Of a stretch of 32,000 bases of DNA, positions 1-8,445 are shown one piece after another; the first letter of the stretch is position 1, and each line of letters opens with the position of its first letter. This stretch comes from Bifidobacterium longum subsp. longum JCM 1217 (GTDB lineage: Bacteria; Actinomycetota; Actinomycetes; Actinomycetales; Bifidobacteriaceae): assembly GCF_000196555.1 (NCBI RefSeq), contig NC_015067.1, positions 1,140,001-1,172,000 on the forward strand. Direction: 5' to 3'. A model generated the notes under the pieces. It worked only from the letters and a program-made list of their open reading frames with translations, was not told where the DNA came from and searched no databases. Both the position numbers and the translations under genes were made by a program.

Positions 1-1
1 C

Positions 2-862
2 ACCACGGGCGTCACCGGCCAGAACGTGACCATCGCCCGAAACGGGTTCACCCGCCCCGGCTACACGTTCACCGGCTGGGCCAGGGACAGGCGCACGAAT
101 CCGAGCCTCCAGTCCGGAGGCCGGTACACGCTCACTCCCGGCACCACGACACTGTGGGCCCAATGGAAGGCCGACCCGGCGCACCTGATCTACAACGCAA
201 ACACCGGCTCCACCAGCCAGACCCGCAGGACGGACGGCGTGGTCGACCAGACGCTCACCGTCATCGCCAACCCGTTCACCCGCCCCGGCTACACGTTCAC
301 CGGCTGGAACACGCAGGCCGACGGCAGGGGCAGGGCGTACACGGCGGGCAACGGGTTCAGACTGGTCGCCGATCCGAAGAGCAACCCGGTCAACACGAGC
401 GTCCTGTACGCGCAGTGGAGGATCAACCGGGTCACCCTGAAGTTCAATCCGAACGGGGGAACCGGCGGATACCCGGACATCACCATCGACGCGTTCACGA
501 CGGTCACCATCCCGGCCGACGCGAAGGAGCCCAAGGTGCAAAGGCCCGGCTTCCGGTTCACCGGCTGGGCCATGAAACCCACGCCCGGCGCCGGTGACAC
601 GATCCTCAGCCCCGGCAAGGGCACGGTCAGCATACCCGACCGGGGCAGCATCACCGTGTACGCGCAATGGGCGCCGGCCATGACCACGCTCCCGTTCACC
701 GGCGGCCACGCCCAGGTGCCGACCATCGGCCTGTACGCGGGCCTCGCGTTCATGATCCTCGCCATGGGCGGGCTCATGCCCGTGATCCGGCTGCGCATGG
801 CCGCGGCCCGCAGGGGACGCCACGCCGGCGGCACGGGCACGGCCGGAAGGCATGCCAGGTGA
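2..862 (+). CDS. LPXTG-anchored surface protein, C-terminal part (5' end lies outside the window); Listeria-Bacteroides (Flg_new-type) repeats
   Basis: The frame is open from the window edge. There are three modules of the form F(T/R)RPGY(T/R)FTGW...LYAQW. An identical 34-nt DNA repeat occurs at 46-79 and 274-307. The C-terminus is LPFTGG, then a hydrophobic stretch, then a basic tail (RLRMAAARRGR), which is a sortase sorting signal. Confidence 0.8.
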   Translation, partial: TTGVTGQNVTIARNGFTRPGYTFTGWARDRRTNPSLQSGGRYTLTPGTTTLWAQWKADPAHLIYNANTGSTSQTRRTDGVVDQTLTVIANPFTRPGYTFTGWNTQADGRGRAYTAGNGFRLVADPKSNPVNTSVLYAQWRINRVTLKFNPNGGTGGYPDITIDAFTTVTIPADAKEPKVQRPGFRFTGWAMKPTPGAGDTILSPGKGTVSIPDRGSITVYAQWAPAMTTLPFTGGHAQVPTIGLYAGLAFMILAMGGLMPVIRLRMAAARRGRHAGGTGTAGRHAR

Positions 863-864
863 GT

Positions 865-1827
865 ATGGGCACGGCCGCACCCGACGTGTGGGAGACCATC
901 GCGGAAGCCGTCCGCGACCGGCGGGACCGTGACAGGCGGGCCCGCCGGCTCCTCGCCCGCAGCCGCATGTACGCGGCCGCGGCCCTCGCCTGCCTGATCG
1001 TCGGCGGCATCCTCATCTGCATGCCGCGGATCCAGCAGCTGATCGGGGACCGGACCGTCGACCGGCAGGCGCGCGGCGTCAGCCAATCCGCGGCCATGTT
1101 CCCCTCATCCAGCCGCCAGGACGCGATCCGCAGCGCCGTCGCATACAACGAACGGCTCTACCGGAGCGGGCAGCCCCAGATCGGCGAACCCGTGTTCGAC
1201 GGCAAGACCAAGGGAAACTTCGAGGGCGACGACGAATACCGGCGCCAACTGTCCGTCAACGGGTTGGACGCGATGGGTGAACTGCTGATTCCGAAAATCA
1301 GCGTGGATCTGCCTATCATGCACGGCGCGAGCCAGGATGTGCTCGAACATGCTGCGGGTCATCTGGCCGGCACGAGTCTGCCTGTCGGAGGCAGGAGCAC
1401 TCGTGCCGTGATTACCGGGCATTCGAACCTGAGGGGGGCGACCCTGTTCACCCGGCTCGGGGAACTCGATGAGGGGGACCCGTTCTATATCAAGGTCATG
1501 GGCAACACGCTCGCCTACCGGGTCAACGACATCCGCATTGTCAGCCCCACGGACACGAAGGCGTTGAAGATCCGGAAAGGACGGGACGAAGTCACGCTGC
1601 TGACCTGCACCGGGCAGGGCAACACGCTCCGTCTCCTCGTCACCGGGGAACGCAACAGCATGCCCGACCAGGCCCCATTGCCCGGCGATGCGCCGAGCGA
1701 CACGAAACAGGCGATCGTCATCTCGCTGATCGTCATGGCCGGCGTGCTGATCAGCGGGTTCGCGGCCTGCCGCAGCCGGGATGTGTTCGGCCGGCATGTT
1801 GGAGGTCATGGGAACGGACGTCGATAG
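865..1827 (+). CDS. Sortase, class C-like architecture (N- and C-terminal TM segments)
   Basis: Motifs VITGHSNL (catalytic His), TLLTCTG (TLxTC catalytic Cys) and RLLVTGE (Arg). Hydrophobic segments are present at both ends. The ATG at 865 (or GTG at 859) overlaps or abuts the upstream TGA at 860-862, suggesting translational coupling. Confidence 0.85.
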   Translation: MGTAAPDVWETIAEAVRDRRDRDRRARRLLARSRMYAAAALACLIVGGILICMPRIQQLIGDRTVDRQARGVSQSAAMFPSSSRQDAIRSAVAYNERLYRSGQPQIGEPVFDGKTKGNFEGDDEYRRQLSVNGLDAMGELLIPKISVDLPIMHGASQDVLEHAAGHLAGTSLPVGGRSTRAVITGHSNLRGATLFTRLGELDEGDPFYIKVMGNTLAYRVNDIRIVSPTDTKALKIRKGRDEVTLLTCTGQGNTLRLLVTGERNSMPDQAPLPGDAPSDTKQAIVISLIVMAGVLISGFAACRSRDVFGRHVGGHGNGRR

Positions 1828-1840
1828 CCGTCCCATACGG

Positions 1841-1895
1841 ATCAAGGACCCGTCTCATCCGTGATGTTGCTTCGCGGATGAGACGGGTCCTTGAT
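1841..1895. terminator. Perfect 21-bp inverted repeat (13-nt loop) between convergent genes; probable bidirectional terminator
   Basis: atcaaggacccgtctcatccg (1841-1861) is the exact reverse complement of cggatgagacgggtccttgat (1875-1895). It lies between the sortase stop (1827) and the stop of the minus-strand surface protein gene (1918). Confidence 0.6.
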
Positions 1896-1917
1896 GTTCC
1901 CGGCGGATTGGAATCCG

Positions 1918-4839
1918 TCAGTCGTTCACATGCCATCCGTCCGCATGCTTGGCGGCACGCACCCTCACGAGCACGCAGCCGGCGCCCGCGATGGTCATGA
2001 TCGCCGCCAGCGTGGCGATTGCGGTGGTGTCCGATCCGGTGGAGGCCAGACCGTCGCCGGTCACGCCTGCGGCCTGCTTCCTGGCCTGTTCGGCCTTCTG
2101 CTTCTTGGCTTCGGCATCCTTCTTGGCCTGGTCGGCCTTCTTCTGGGCTTCCTGCTGCTTCTTGGCTTCCTCCTCGGCCTTCTTCTGGGCTTCGGCTTCG
2201 GCCTGCTTGGCGGCGGCGAGCTCCTTGTCGGACGCCTGCTTGTCGGCGAGCTTGGCGTCATAGTCGGCCTTGGCGTTGGCGTATGCCTTGTCGGCCTCAT
2301 CCTTGGCCTTGTTCGCCGCGTCCAGCTTGGACTGAGCTTCCGTCAGCTTCGCGTTCGCCTTCTTGAGGTTCTCCTCGGCGTTCTGCAGACGCTTGATGGT
2401 GTTCTGGGCGTCGTGGAGCTTGCCGGTGGCCGTGTTGAGGTCGTCCTTCGCCTTCGCGTATGCGGCCTTGGCGTCGGCGATGGCCTCGTCGGCGGCCTTG
2501 ACCTGCTTGTCGGCGGCTTCAACCTTCGCGTCGGAAACGGTCTTGGCGTCGAGCGCGGCCTGCTTGGCCTTCTCGGCCTCGGCCTTCGCGGTCTTGGCGG
2601 CGGCCAGGTCGGCTGCGGCCTTCGTCTTGTCCGTGTTGGCCTGCTTGATCGCGGCTTCCGCATCCGTCTTGTTCCTGGCGGCGGTTTGGGCCAGCTTGTC
2701 GGCGGTATCGATCTTCGCCTGTGCGGCGGCGACCGCCGTGTTCGCCTTGTCCACTGCCGTCTGGGCTGCGGTCTGGGCGTCGGTGGCGGTGGCGGCTGCG
2801 GTCTGGGCTTCCTTGGTGGCCTGCTGGGCGGCGGAGTACGCTTCGTTCTTCGCCGTCTGATCCTTCCTGGCTTCCTCCAACGCCTTGGCCTTGTCCTCGT
2901 TCGCCTTCACGGCCTCGTCATACGCTTTCTGCGCCTCGTCGGCGGCAGCCTGCAAATCCTTGGCCTTCTGAGCGGCCTGCTGGGCCTTGTCGGCGGCCTT
3001 TTGCGCGGACTGCTGGGCGGCGGCCAGCGCCTTGGCCGCGGCGGAGGCGTCCTGTGCGGCCTGCTTGCTCTTGGACAATGCGGCCTGCCAGTTCGCGTCC
3101 GCGTTGGTCAGCGAATCACGCCATGCGGTCAGATCCGCCAGATACGCGTCCACGTCCATGACACGCCCCGACTGGTCGGGGGCCGCGTACTGGAACGTCT
3201 GCCCGTGCGTGGTCCCGTAGCCGAGCGTCCCGTTCTGGCTGATCGCGAAACCGGTGACCGCGTAGCTCTTGTTGACGACATTCAGATAATGGCCGGTCTC
3301 GCCCACCGCGTTCCCGTCCTTGTCCTGGCCGTCGAGCACGCCGTCGGTCATGTCCTTCTCGTAATTGGCCTTCTCGGTCGTGTACCAGCCGTCGAACGGG
3401 TCCTTGTAACCCCAGGCCATGTTCTCGCCGACGTCGAACTGGCCGGAATGGCCGATGTTGTCGTCGGACCAGTCGACGTTCGCCATGCTCATCGCCATGA
3501 GCGTGTCCGACACCTTCAACGGCGCCAATCCCTCCTTGGCGCGAAGCTGGTTCGCCTCCTTGATATACGAGAGCGCGGCGATCATGTTGTCGAGGCTGGT
3601 CGCATCGCCCTTCGCCCCGTTCTGGATGCTGGACAGGTAGAGGGTCGTGTCCTTGTCGGTGAGGACCTTGACCGCGTCCGACGCGTTCCGGTCGCCGAAG
3701 TAGGCGACCGCACCCTGCGAGAGCTTCGACTGCGCGTCCGCCGCGACCTGCTTCAGCCGGTCGGCCTCGGCCTTCGCCTGTTCGGCGGCCTGCCGTTTCG
3801 CCGTGGCGTTGGAAGAGGAGTCGGACACCGTCTTGTCCGCGTCCTTCCGCGCCTGTTCCGCCTTCCGCTGGGCGGCCGCGGCATCGGCTGCGGCCTTCTT
3901 CGCCGCTTCGAGCTTCGCGGCCAGGTCGGAAAGACCTCCATCATCCTTGGACAATTGCTCGACCTTGGCATCGGCCTTCCGCTTGGCTTCAAGCGCCTTG
4001 GCCTCGGCCTGCTCGGCCGCGGCCAGCTTGGCCTGCGCGGCGTTCACCGCCTCGTCGGCCTTCGTCTTGTCGCCGGTCGCCGTGGCCTGCTGCTGCTTGG
4101 CCGCGGCCAGCTCCTTCTCGGCGGCCGCCTTGTCGCTCGCGGCCTGCTTCGCGTCCGCGTCGGCCCGGTCGGCCTTCTTCTGCGCATCACTGATGGCGGT
4201 ATCCGCCTGATCGGCCTTCTTCTGCGCGTCCGTGGTCTGCTTGTCGGCCGCGTCGATATCGGTCTGGGCCTTGTCGGCGTCCTGCTGATGGGAGGCGGAT
4301 TCGGCCGTGGCCTCATCCTTCGCGGTCTGTGCGGTCTGCTTGTCGGCTTCTGCCTTCGACTGGTTGTCGGATGCCTGTTGCATGGCCTTGTTGGCGTCGT
4401 TGATGGCGTTGGACGCGGCGTTCGCGGCCTGCTGGGCGGCGGCGATCTTGTCGGCCGTGTCGGTCGCATCCTGTGCGGCCTGCTGCTGGGCCTTGCTGGC
4501 ATCGTCATAATTCTTCTGGGCCTGCTGCTGGCCGTTCGCGGCTGTCTGCTGCTGGGCGGCGGCGGCGTCGAGGTTCCGCTTGGCGGTGTCCAACGCGGCT
4601 GCGGCGGCGTCGGCCTTCGCCTGCGCCTCGGTCACGCCGGTAGGCGCGGCCTGCGCGATCGCCTGATTGGCGTCCGCCGTGCTTTGTCGGGCCTGCGCGA
4701 CACTGTCCTGCGCCTGCGCGATCGCCTGACCGGCCTGATCCGTGGTCGTGGTCTCGTCGGCCATGGCGACCGCGGGGGCGGCGAGCGTGGCGAGCGTGGC
4801 CGTCGCGGCCACCGCGACTGATGTGAGTTTGCGTGACAT
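1918..4839 (-). CDS. Large secreted coiled-coil surface protein with a central CAP/SCP (PR-1-like) domain and an LASTG sorting signal
   Basis: Signal peptide MSRKLTSVAVAATATLATLAAPAVAMA. Long Ala/Lys/Gln/Asp-rich heptad-like regions flank a globular segment (about 3190-3715) carrying CAP-like strings: NQLRAKEGLAPLKVSDTL, GENMAWGY, GHYLNVV, GQTFQY. The C-terminus is LASTG, then a hydrophobic stretch, then RVRAAKH. SD gaaagga lies before the ATG. Confidence 0.8.
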   Translation of the reverse strand: MSRKLTSVAVAATATLATLAAPAVAMADETTTTDQAGQAIAQAQDSVAQARQSTADANQAIAQAAPTGVTEAQAKADAAAAALDTAKRNLDAAAAQQQTAANGQQQAQKNYDDASKAQQQAAQDATDTADKIAAAQQAANAASNAINDANKAMQQASDNQSKAEADKQTAQTAKDEATAESASHQQDADKAQTDIDAADKQTTDAQKKADQADTAISDAQKKADRADADAKQAASDKAAAEKELAAAKQQQATATGDKTKADEAVNAAQAKLAAAEQAEAKALEAKRKADAKVEQLSKDDGGLSDLAAKLEAAKKAAADAAAAQRKAEQARKDADKTVSDSSSNATAKRQAAEQAKAEADRLKQVAADAQSKLSQGAVAYFGDRNASDAVKVLTDKDTTLYLSSIQNGAKGDATSLDNMIAALSYIKEANQLRAKEGLAPLKVSDTLMAMSMANVDWSDDNIGHSGQFDVGENMAWGYKDPFDGWYTTEKANYEKDMTDGVLDGQDKDGNAVGETGHYLNVVNKSYAVTGFAISQNGTLGYGTTHGQTFQYAAPDQSGRVMDVDAYLADLTAWRDSLTNADANWQAALSKSKQAAQDASAAAKALAAAQQSAQKAADKAQQAAQKAKDLQAAADEAQKAYDEAVKANEDKAKALEEARKDQTAKNEAYSAAQQATKEAQTAAATATDAQTAAQTAVDKANTAVAAAQAKIDTADKLAQTAARNKTDAEAAIKQANTDKTKAAADLAAAKTAKAEAEKAKQAALDAKTVSDAKVEAADKQVKAADEAIADAKAAYAKAKDDLNTATGKLHDAQNTIKRLQNAEENLKKANAKLTEAQSKLDAANKAKDEADKAYANAKADYDAKLADKQASDKELAAAKQAEAEAQKKAEEEAKKQQEAQKKADQAKKDAEAKKQKAEQARKQAAGVTGDGLASTGSDTTAIATLAAIMTIAGAGCVLVRVRAAKHADGWHVND

Positions 4840-4950
4840 GTTCGAATCCTTTCTTCCGGGACTTCCTCATCCAACCCTCCATCATAGGAAAGAGTGGACC
4901 ATATCCGACGGTCCCGTCTCATCATGCGACGCACGGACCCGCCGGCATGC

Positions 4951-4964
4951 CCCGTATGCGTCCC
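4951..4964 (-). promoter_or_regulatory. Copy of the recurrent GGGACGCATA-type motif upstream of the surface protein gene
   Basis: The minus strand reads gggacgcaTACGGG, about 110 nt upstream of the ATG at 4839, which has its own SD. Confidence 0.35.
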
Positions 4965-5084
4965 GGGCGCATCCGCCATGACATCGCGGACCGGGCGATC
5001 CCCGACCCGTTCCCATGGGCGTATGCGGACCATCATCGACATGAATGCGGCGTACAGGCCGCTCCCGCCGCCCGTACGCCTTCC

Positions 5085-5354
5085 CTAGTCGAGCACCCAA
5101 TCATCGTCGTCCGGGTCCGCGGCGACGTTCACCGTCGTATCCCCGTCCGCGTCCGACGATTGGTCGACGACGCCCACCTGCTTCGGTTTGGCCGGCAGCA
5201 GATCCGACCAGTCGACCGGCGTCGCGTCCGGCACGCCCGCCATGCGGGCCCGCACGTCCGCGTTCGGACCGCACCACCAGCATTGCACCATCTGCAGGCC
5301 GCGCCCCATGCGCTCGTACACGCCCCTGCCTTTCGGCATGCCGCCCGAATCCAT
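5085..5354 (-). CDS. Displaced C-terminal segment of the FtsK/SpoIIIE-like gene (different frame from 5101-8382)
   Basis: It translates to ...GGMPKGRGVYERMGRGLQMVQCWW...DPDDDDWVLD, which reads like real protein. The overlapping tail of the main ORF is Arg/Gly-rich nonsense. Removing one G from the G7 run at 5374-5380 joins the two frames. Confidence 0.6.
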   Translation of the reverse strand: MDSGGMPKGRGVYERMGRGLQMVQCWWCGPNADVRARMAGVPDATPVDWSDLLPAKPKQVGVVDQSSDADGDTTVNVAADPDDDDWVLD

Positions 5355-8300
5355 GGCCTGACGGATCAGCCGGCCCCCCCTCCCTCTCGTTCCGCGCGCT
5401 CACGTTCCCCCTCACGTCGCCCGCGCCGACGAACAGGCGGCCCATCTGGCTCTTCGCCAGCCCCGCGTCCGGCAAAGCGTCCATGCTCTCCGCCTTCATC
5501 ATCTGCGAGCCCAGGATCATCGTGATCCCCTGGGAGCGATGCTGGGTGAGGATATGGCTCACCGACGCGCCGATCCGGCGTTTCAGCCGGTCGCGCCACG
5601 CGTCCATCATGATCATGTTGTCCACATCCGGGTCGCCCGTCGGATTCCGTTTCACGCCCTTCGACAGTTCCAGGAGGCTCACGAACTCGTCCAGGAACAC
5701 GATGATGCGCGGCGGGCGGATGCCGGCCGGCAGCATGTCGATGTTCTCCGCCCCATGCTCCTTCTGCAATGCGAGCCGGCGCCGCCCCTCACGGTCGATC
5801 CAGTCGAGCATGGCCGCGCACTCGTCCAACCCGGTCGCGAACCCGGACAGTTTGCCTTTCACGGGCGCGAAATCGTTGCCCGACTTCACCGGATCGCCGA
5901 CGAACGCCTGCCAGCCGTGCAACAGGGCGGCGTTCACCAGGGTGACGGCCGCGCTCGTCTTGCCGCTCATCGTCTGCCCGGTGATCAGCAGATGCGCCGT
6001 GTCATGAGGGTCGAACAGGACCGTGCGCCCGTCGTCGCCGACCGCGAACGGCAGGCCCGTCGAATCCGGGTCCGCGCCCATGAGCCGCCAGTCCGCCATG
6101 ACCCGTTCCGGCAGCGGATCCATGCGTGACAGGAGGAGCGTGAGCGGCGCATCTCCCCTGACGCGGCGCGCGTACATGAACCCGCCGGTCGCGCGGAACG
6201 CGTCCAGACGGCCCATCGCGCCCTCCACGCCCAGGCCGGCCGGCAGGGCGAACGACGCCTTGACGAGCCGGCCGCCCCCGTCCTCGACGCGCAGCGTGGT
6301 CACGGGACGCCCGTCCGCGCCCGTCGCCTTGGACGCGGCCCACGCCTCGTCCAGGCGCAGCCTGATCATCCGGTCCATGTCCCGGCGGGAACGCCAGTCG
6401 CGCGCGTCCATGCTCGGCACGCCGCCCGCCCACAGGATCGCATGCCCCTGGTCGCGCCACTCCCACAGCGTCTCGTCCGCACCCATCGCGCTTTTCAGAC
6501 GTTCCTGCACGCGACGCAGATCCGACGCGGTCAGCCCGCCCTCCAGGCGGATCGGGATACGCCATGCGCTGTTCGCGCCCACGCCCAACTGGCTTGCGGC
6601 CCCGACCGTGGGCGGCGTCTTCAGGGCGAGCGCGCACGCGTGCGACACGATGACGCGCGCCAGGAGGCTGCGCGCCCTCGAATCGCCGGTCAGGGCGCGC
6701 AGCGTGTCCGGCATCCCCCGGTTGTCGTCCGTGTTGGGCGCGTGCACGAACTGGAGGAGCCGGGAGCGGGGCCGGTCTCCTTCCAGCCAGGGCAGGAAGT
6801 CCGCGATCGGGCTTTCCGAGAACGCGCCGCGCAGGTTCGAACGCATGTAGTCGGCGGCCGTGTACGCGCGGCCTATCGCCATCGCGTACGATGTGATCCG
6901 CCAGCCGGCCGGATCGGCGATGATTTCCGTGTTGTCGTGGAAGATCGTTTCGGGGGCGGGCAGTTTCACGGGTTCCAGGCCGCCCGACATGATCGATTTC
7001 AACCGTTTGTCCTCGCCGATCAGCCGCATGTAGCGGACCGGATCGTCATGGCGGCGGGTCAGCGTGTCGGACATGAGCGGCCGCATCGTCTCCACGTCCC
7101 ATTCATAGGAGTCCCAGTCCGCGTCCACGCTCACCCAGCCGTGCCCGCCGCCCGGATCCGCGGTCACCAGTATGTTCTCCGTGTTCATCCAGTCGCCGAA
7201 CGCGCCGGGCGCGGCCCCCTTCAGCCAGTCGCGGGAGATCATGTCCCAGTCGGCGTTCGACCCGTCGATGCGGAACGAGCGGACCGCGGGCCTGCCGTCC
7301 CGGGACGCGACGATCCTCACGTCCGTGACGCGTCCGGGGAACGCGCCGTACATGGCGCCCATGCGCGTCTCGTCGACCATGAGGCGCGCTTCGAGCATCG
7401 TCCGGTCGGCGAGCAGGTCCGCCGGGTCGGGCGCGTCCGCGGGGCAGACGGCGACCGTGACCCGCGTCCTGTCGCGCCCCATGAACGCGAAGCCCGCAAG
7501 CATGCCGTCCGCCTGGGTGACGGGCGTGAACGTCTTCATGGTCGAATCGTTCGCCCATTGGACGGCGTTCGACACGTCCAGTTGGAAGACGCGCGACCCG
7601 TCCGCGCCGACACGCGTGTCGTGCGCGCCGCCGGGCAGCGCGTCGAACGGCGGCTTGTTCAGGCCCGCGATCCACCGGCCGACCATGAGGCGGCTCTCAT
7701 AATCCGTATGGAAGCGTTTCCGGTTCGCCCGCCATGCGGGCCACATGGGGGCGGCGGCGCCCAGGCACATGAGCATGGGCATGGGCCACCAGACGCCCGT
7801 CCACGCGGATTGGAGGACGCCGAGAACGAGTCCCGCGCCCAGTCCCGTGAGTATCCACGGCAGCCGTTTCCTCGCCCATCTGACGCGCATGCGCCGCATG
7901 TTCGAATCCAGGCCGCGCACGGTGCAGGTCATGTCGCGGCGCTGCTGGCCGACGCCCATGACGGCCAGCCAGCAGGCCAGCATGTCCGCGCCCGCCATGA
8001 TCGGACGCCACGTGCCGGACGCGGACGATATCCACCCGTAGTCGAGGCATGCGATCGCCATGGCGGGCATCGCGTCCGCATACAGGGGAGACAGCCCGCC
8101 GTCGAGCCAACGGGAGGCGCGACGCCATGACGCCTCCATGCGCCGCTCCCTCTCGTCCCCGGGCGCCGGCCGGCCGTCCAGACCCTTGCCGGACAGGACG
8201 GGACGCCGGGCCGTCAGACGGGCCGCCAGCCAGCCCAGACACCAGACGGTCATGCCCGGCAGACGGAACGCGGTCAGCATGAGCGCGACGACGAGCGTGA

Positions 8301-8382
8301 GGACACGGACGAACGCGTGCGGGCTGGACGGTTCGTCCCGTTTCGTTTTCGGCCGCGACCGGCCGTTCCGACGGTATGCCAT
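5101..8382 (-). CDS. Membrane-anchored FtsK/SpoIIIE (TcpA/TraB-like) DNA translocase ATPase; the frame is apparently broken near the 3' end
   Basis: Several hydrophobic N-terminal segments. Walker A LLITGQTMSGKTS, Walker B PRIIVFLDEF, then HRSQGITMILGSQ. The last roughly 95 aa of this frame (after ...NEREGG) are low-complexity R/G and probably not genuine. Confidence 0.8.
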   Translation of the reverse strand: MAYRRNGRSRPKTKRDEPSSPHAFVRVLTLVVALMLTAFRLPGMTVWCLGWLAARLTARRPVLSGKGLDGRPAPGDERERRMEASWRRASRWLDGGLSPLYADAMPAMAIACLDYGWISSASGTWRPIMAGADMLACWLAVMGVGQQRRDMTCTVRGLDSNMRRMRVRWARKRLPWILTGLGAGLVLGVLQSAWTGVWWPMPMLMCLGAAAPMWPAWRANRKRFHTDYESRLMVGRWIAGLNKPPFDALPGGAHDTRVGADGSRVFQLDVSNAVQWANDSTMKTFTPVTQADGMLAGFAFMGRDRTRVTVAVCPADAPDPADLLADRTMLEARLMVDETRMGAMYGAFPGRVTDVRIVASRDGRPAVRSFRIDGSNADWDMISRDWLKGAAPGAFGDWMNTENILVTADPGGGHGWVSVDADWDSYEWDVETMRPLMSDTLTRRHDDPVRYMRLIGEDKRLKSIMSGGLEPVKLPAPETIFHDNTEIIADPAGWRITSYAMAIGRAYTAADYMRSNLRGAFSESPIADFLPWLEGDRPRSRLLQFVHAPNTDDNRGMPDTLRALTGDSRARSLLARVIVSHACALALKTPPTVGAASQLGVGANSAWRIPIRLEGGLTASDLRRVQERLKSAMGADETLWEWRDQGHAILWAGGVPSMDARDWRSRRDMDRMIRLRLDEAWAASKATGADGRPVTTLRVEDGGGRLVKASFALPAGLGVEGAMGRLDAFRATGGFMYARRVRGDAPLTLLLSRMDPLPERVMADWRLMGADPDSTGLPFAVGDDGRTVLFDPHDTAHLLITGQTMSGKTSAAVTLVNAALLHGWQAFVGDPVKSGNDFAPVKGKLSGFATGLDECAAMLDWIDREGRRRLALQKEHGAENIDMLPAGIRPPRIIVFLDEFVSLLELSKGVKRNPTGDPDVDNMIMMDAWRDRLKRRIGASVSHILTQHRSQGITMILGSQMMKAESMDALPDAGLAKSQMGRLFVGAGDVRGNVSARNEREGGPADPSGHGFGRHAERQGRVRAHGARPADGAMLVVRSERGRAGPHGGRAGRDAGRLVGSAAGQTEAGGRRRPIVGRGRGYDGERRRGPGRR

Positions 8383-8388
8383 GCGCGC

Positions 8389-8414
8389 CGCCTATGCCGG
8401 CCCGCGCATAGGCG
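8389..8414. promoter_or_regulatory. Divergent pair of the recurrent motif (inverted copies CGCCTATGCC / GCGCATAGGCG)
   Basis: The minus copy reads ccggcaTAGGCG + 6 nt + ATG(8382), with no SD. The plus copy, cgcgcaTAGGCG, lies 31 nt upstream of ATG 8446, which has SD ggaaaggag. Confidence 0.5.
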
Positions 8415-8445
8415 CCCCCGCAGACGACCACGGAAAGGAGCCATC

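Noticed and set aside
2000-4800. Pervasive short-period repetitiveness (gcc/ctt/ggc units), considered as tandem-repeat or satellite DNA
   Set aside because: It is explained by the Ala/Lys/Gln-rich coiled-coil coding sequence on the minus strand. The repeats are imperfect and follow codon periodicity.
1891-4821. 976-aa plus-strand ORF (Gly/Leu/Arg-rich)
   Set aside because: It is antisense to the well-supported minus-strand surface protein gene. Its translation is low-complexity (LLGLGLRG...), with no signal or domain motifs. It is a typical high-GC shadow ORF.
8317-8445. Upstream extension of ORF 8317-9720
   Set aside because: It would overlap the divergent FtsK-like start codon and both promoter-motif copies. 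A perfect SD precedes the ATG at 8446.
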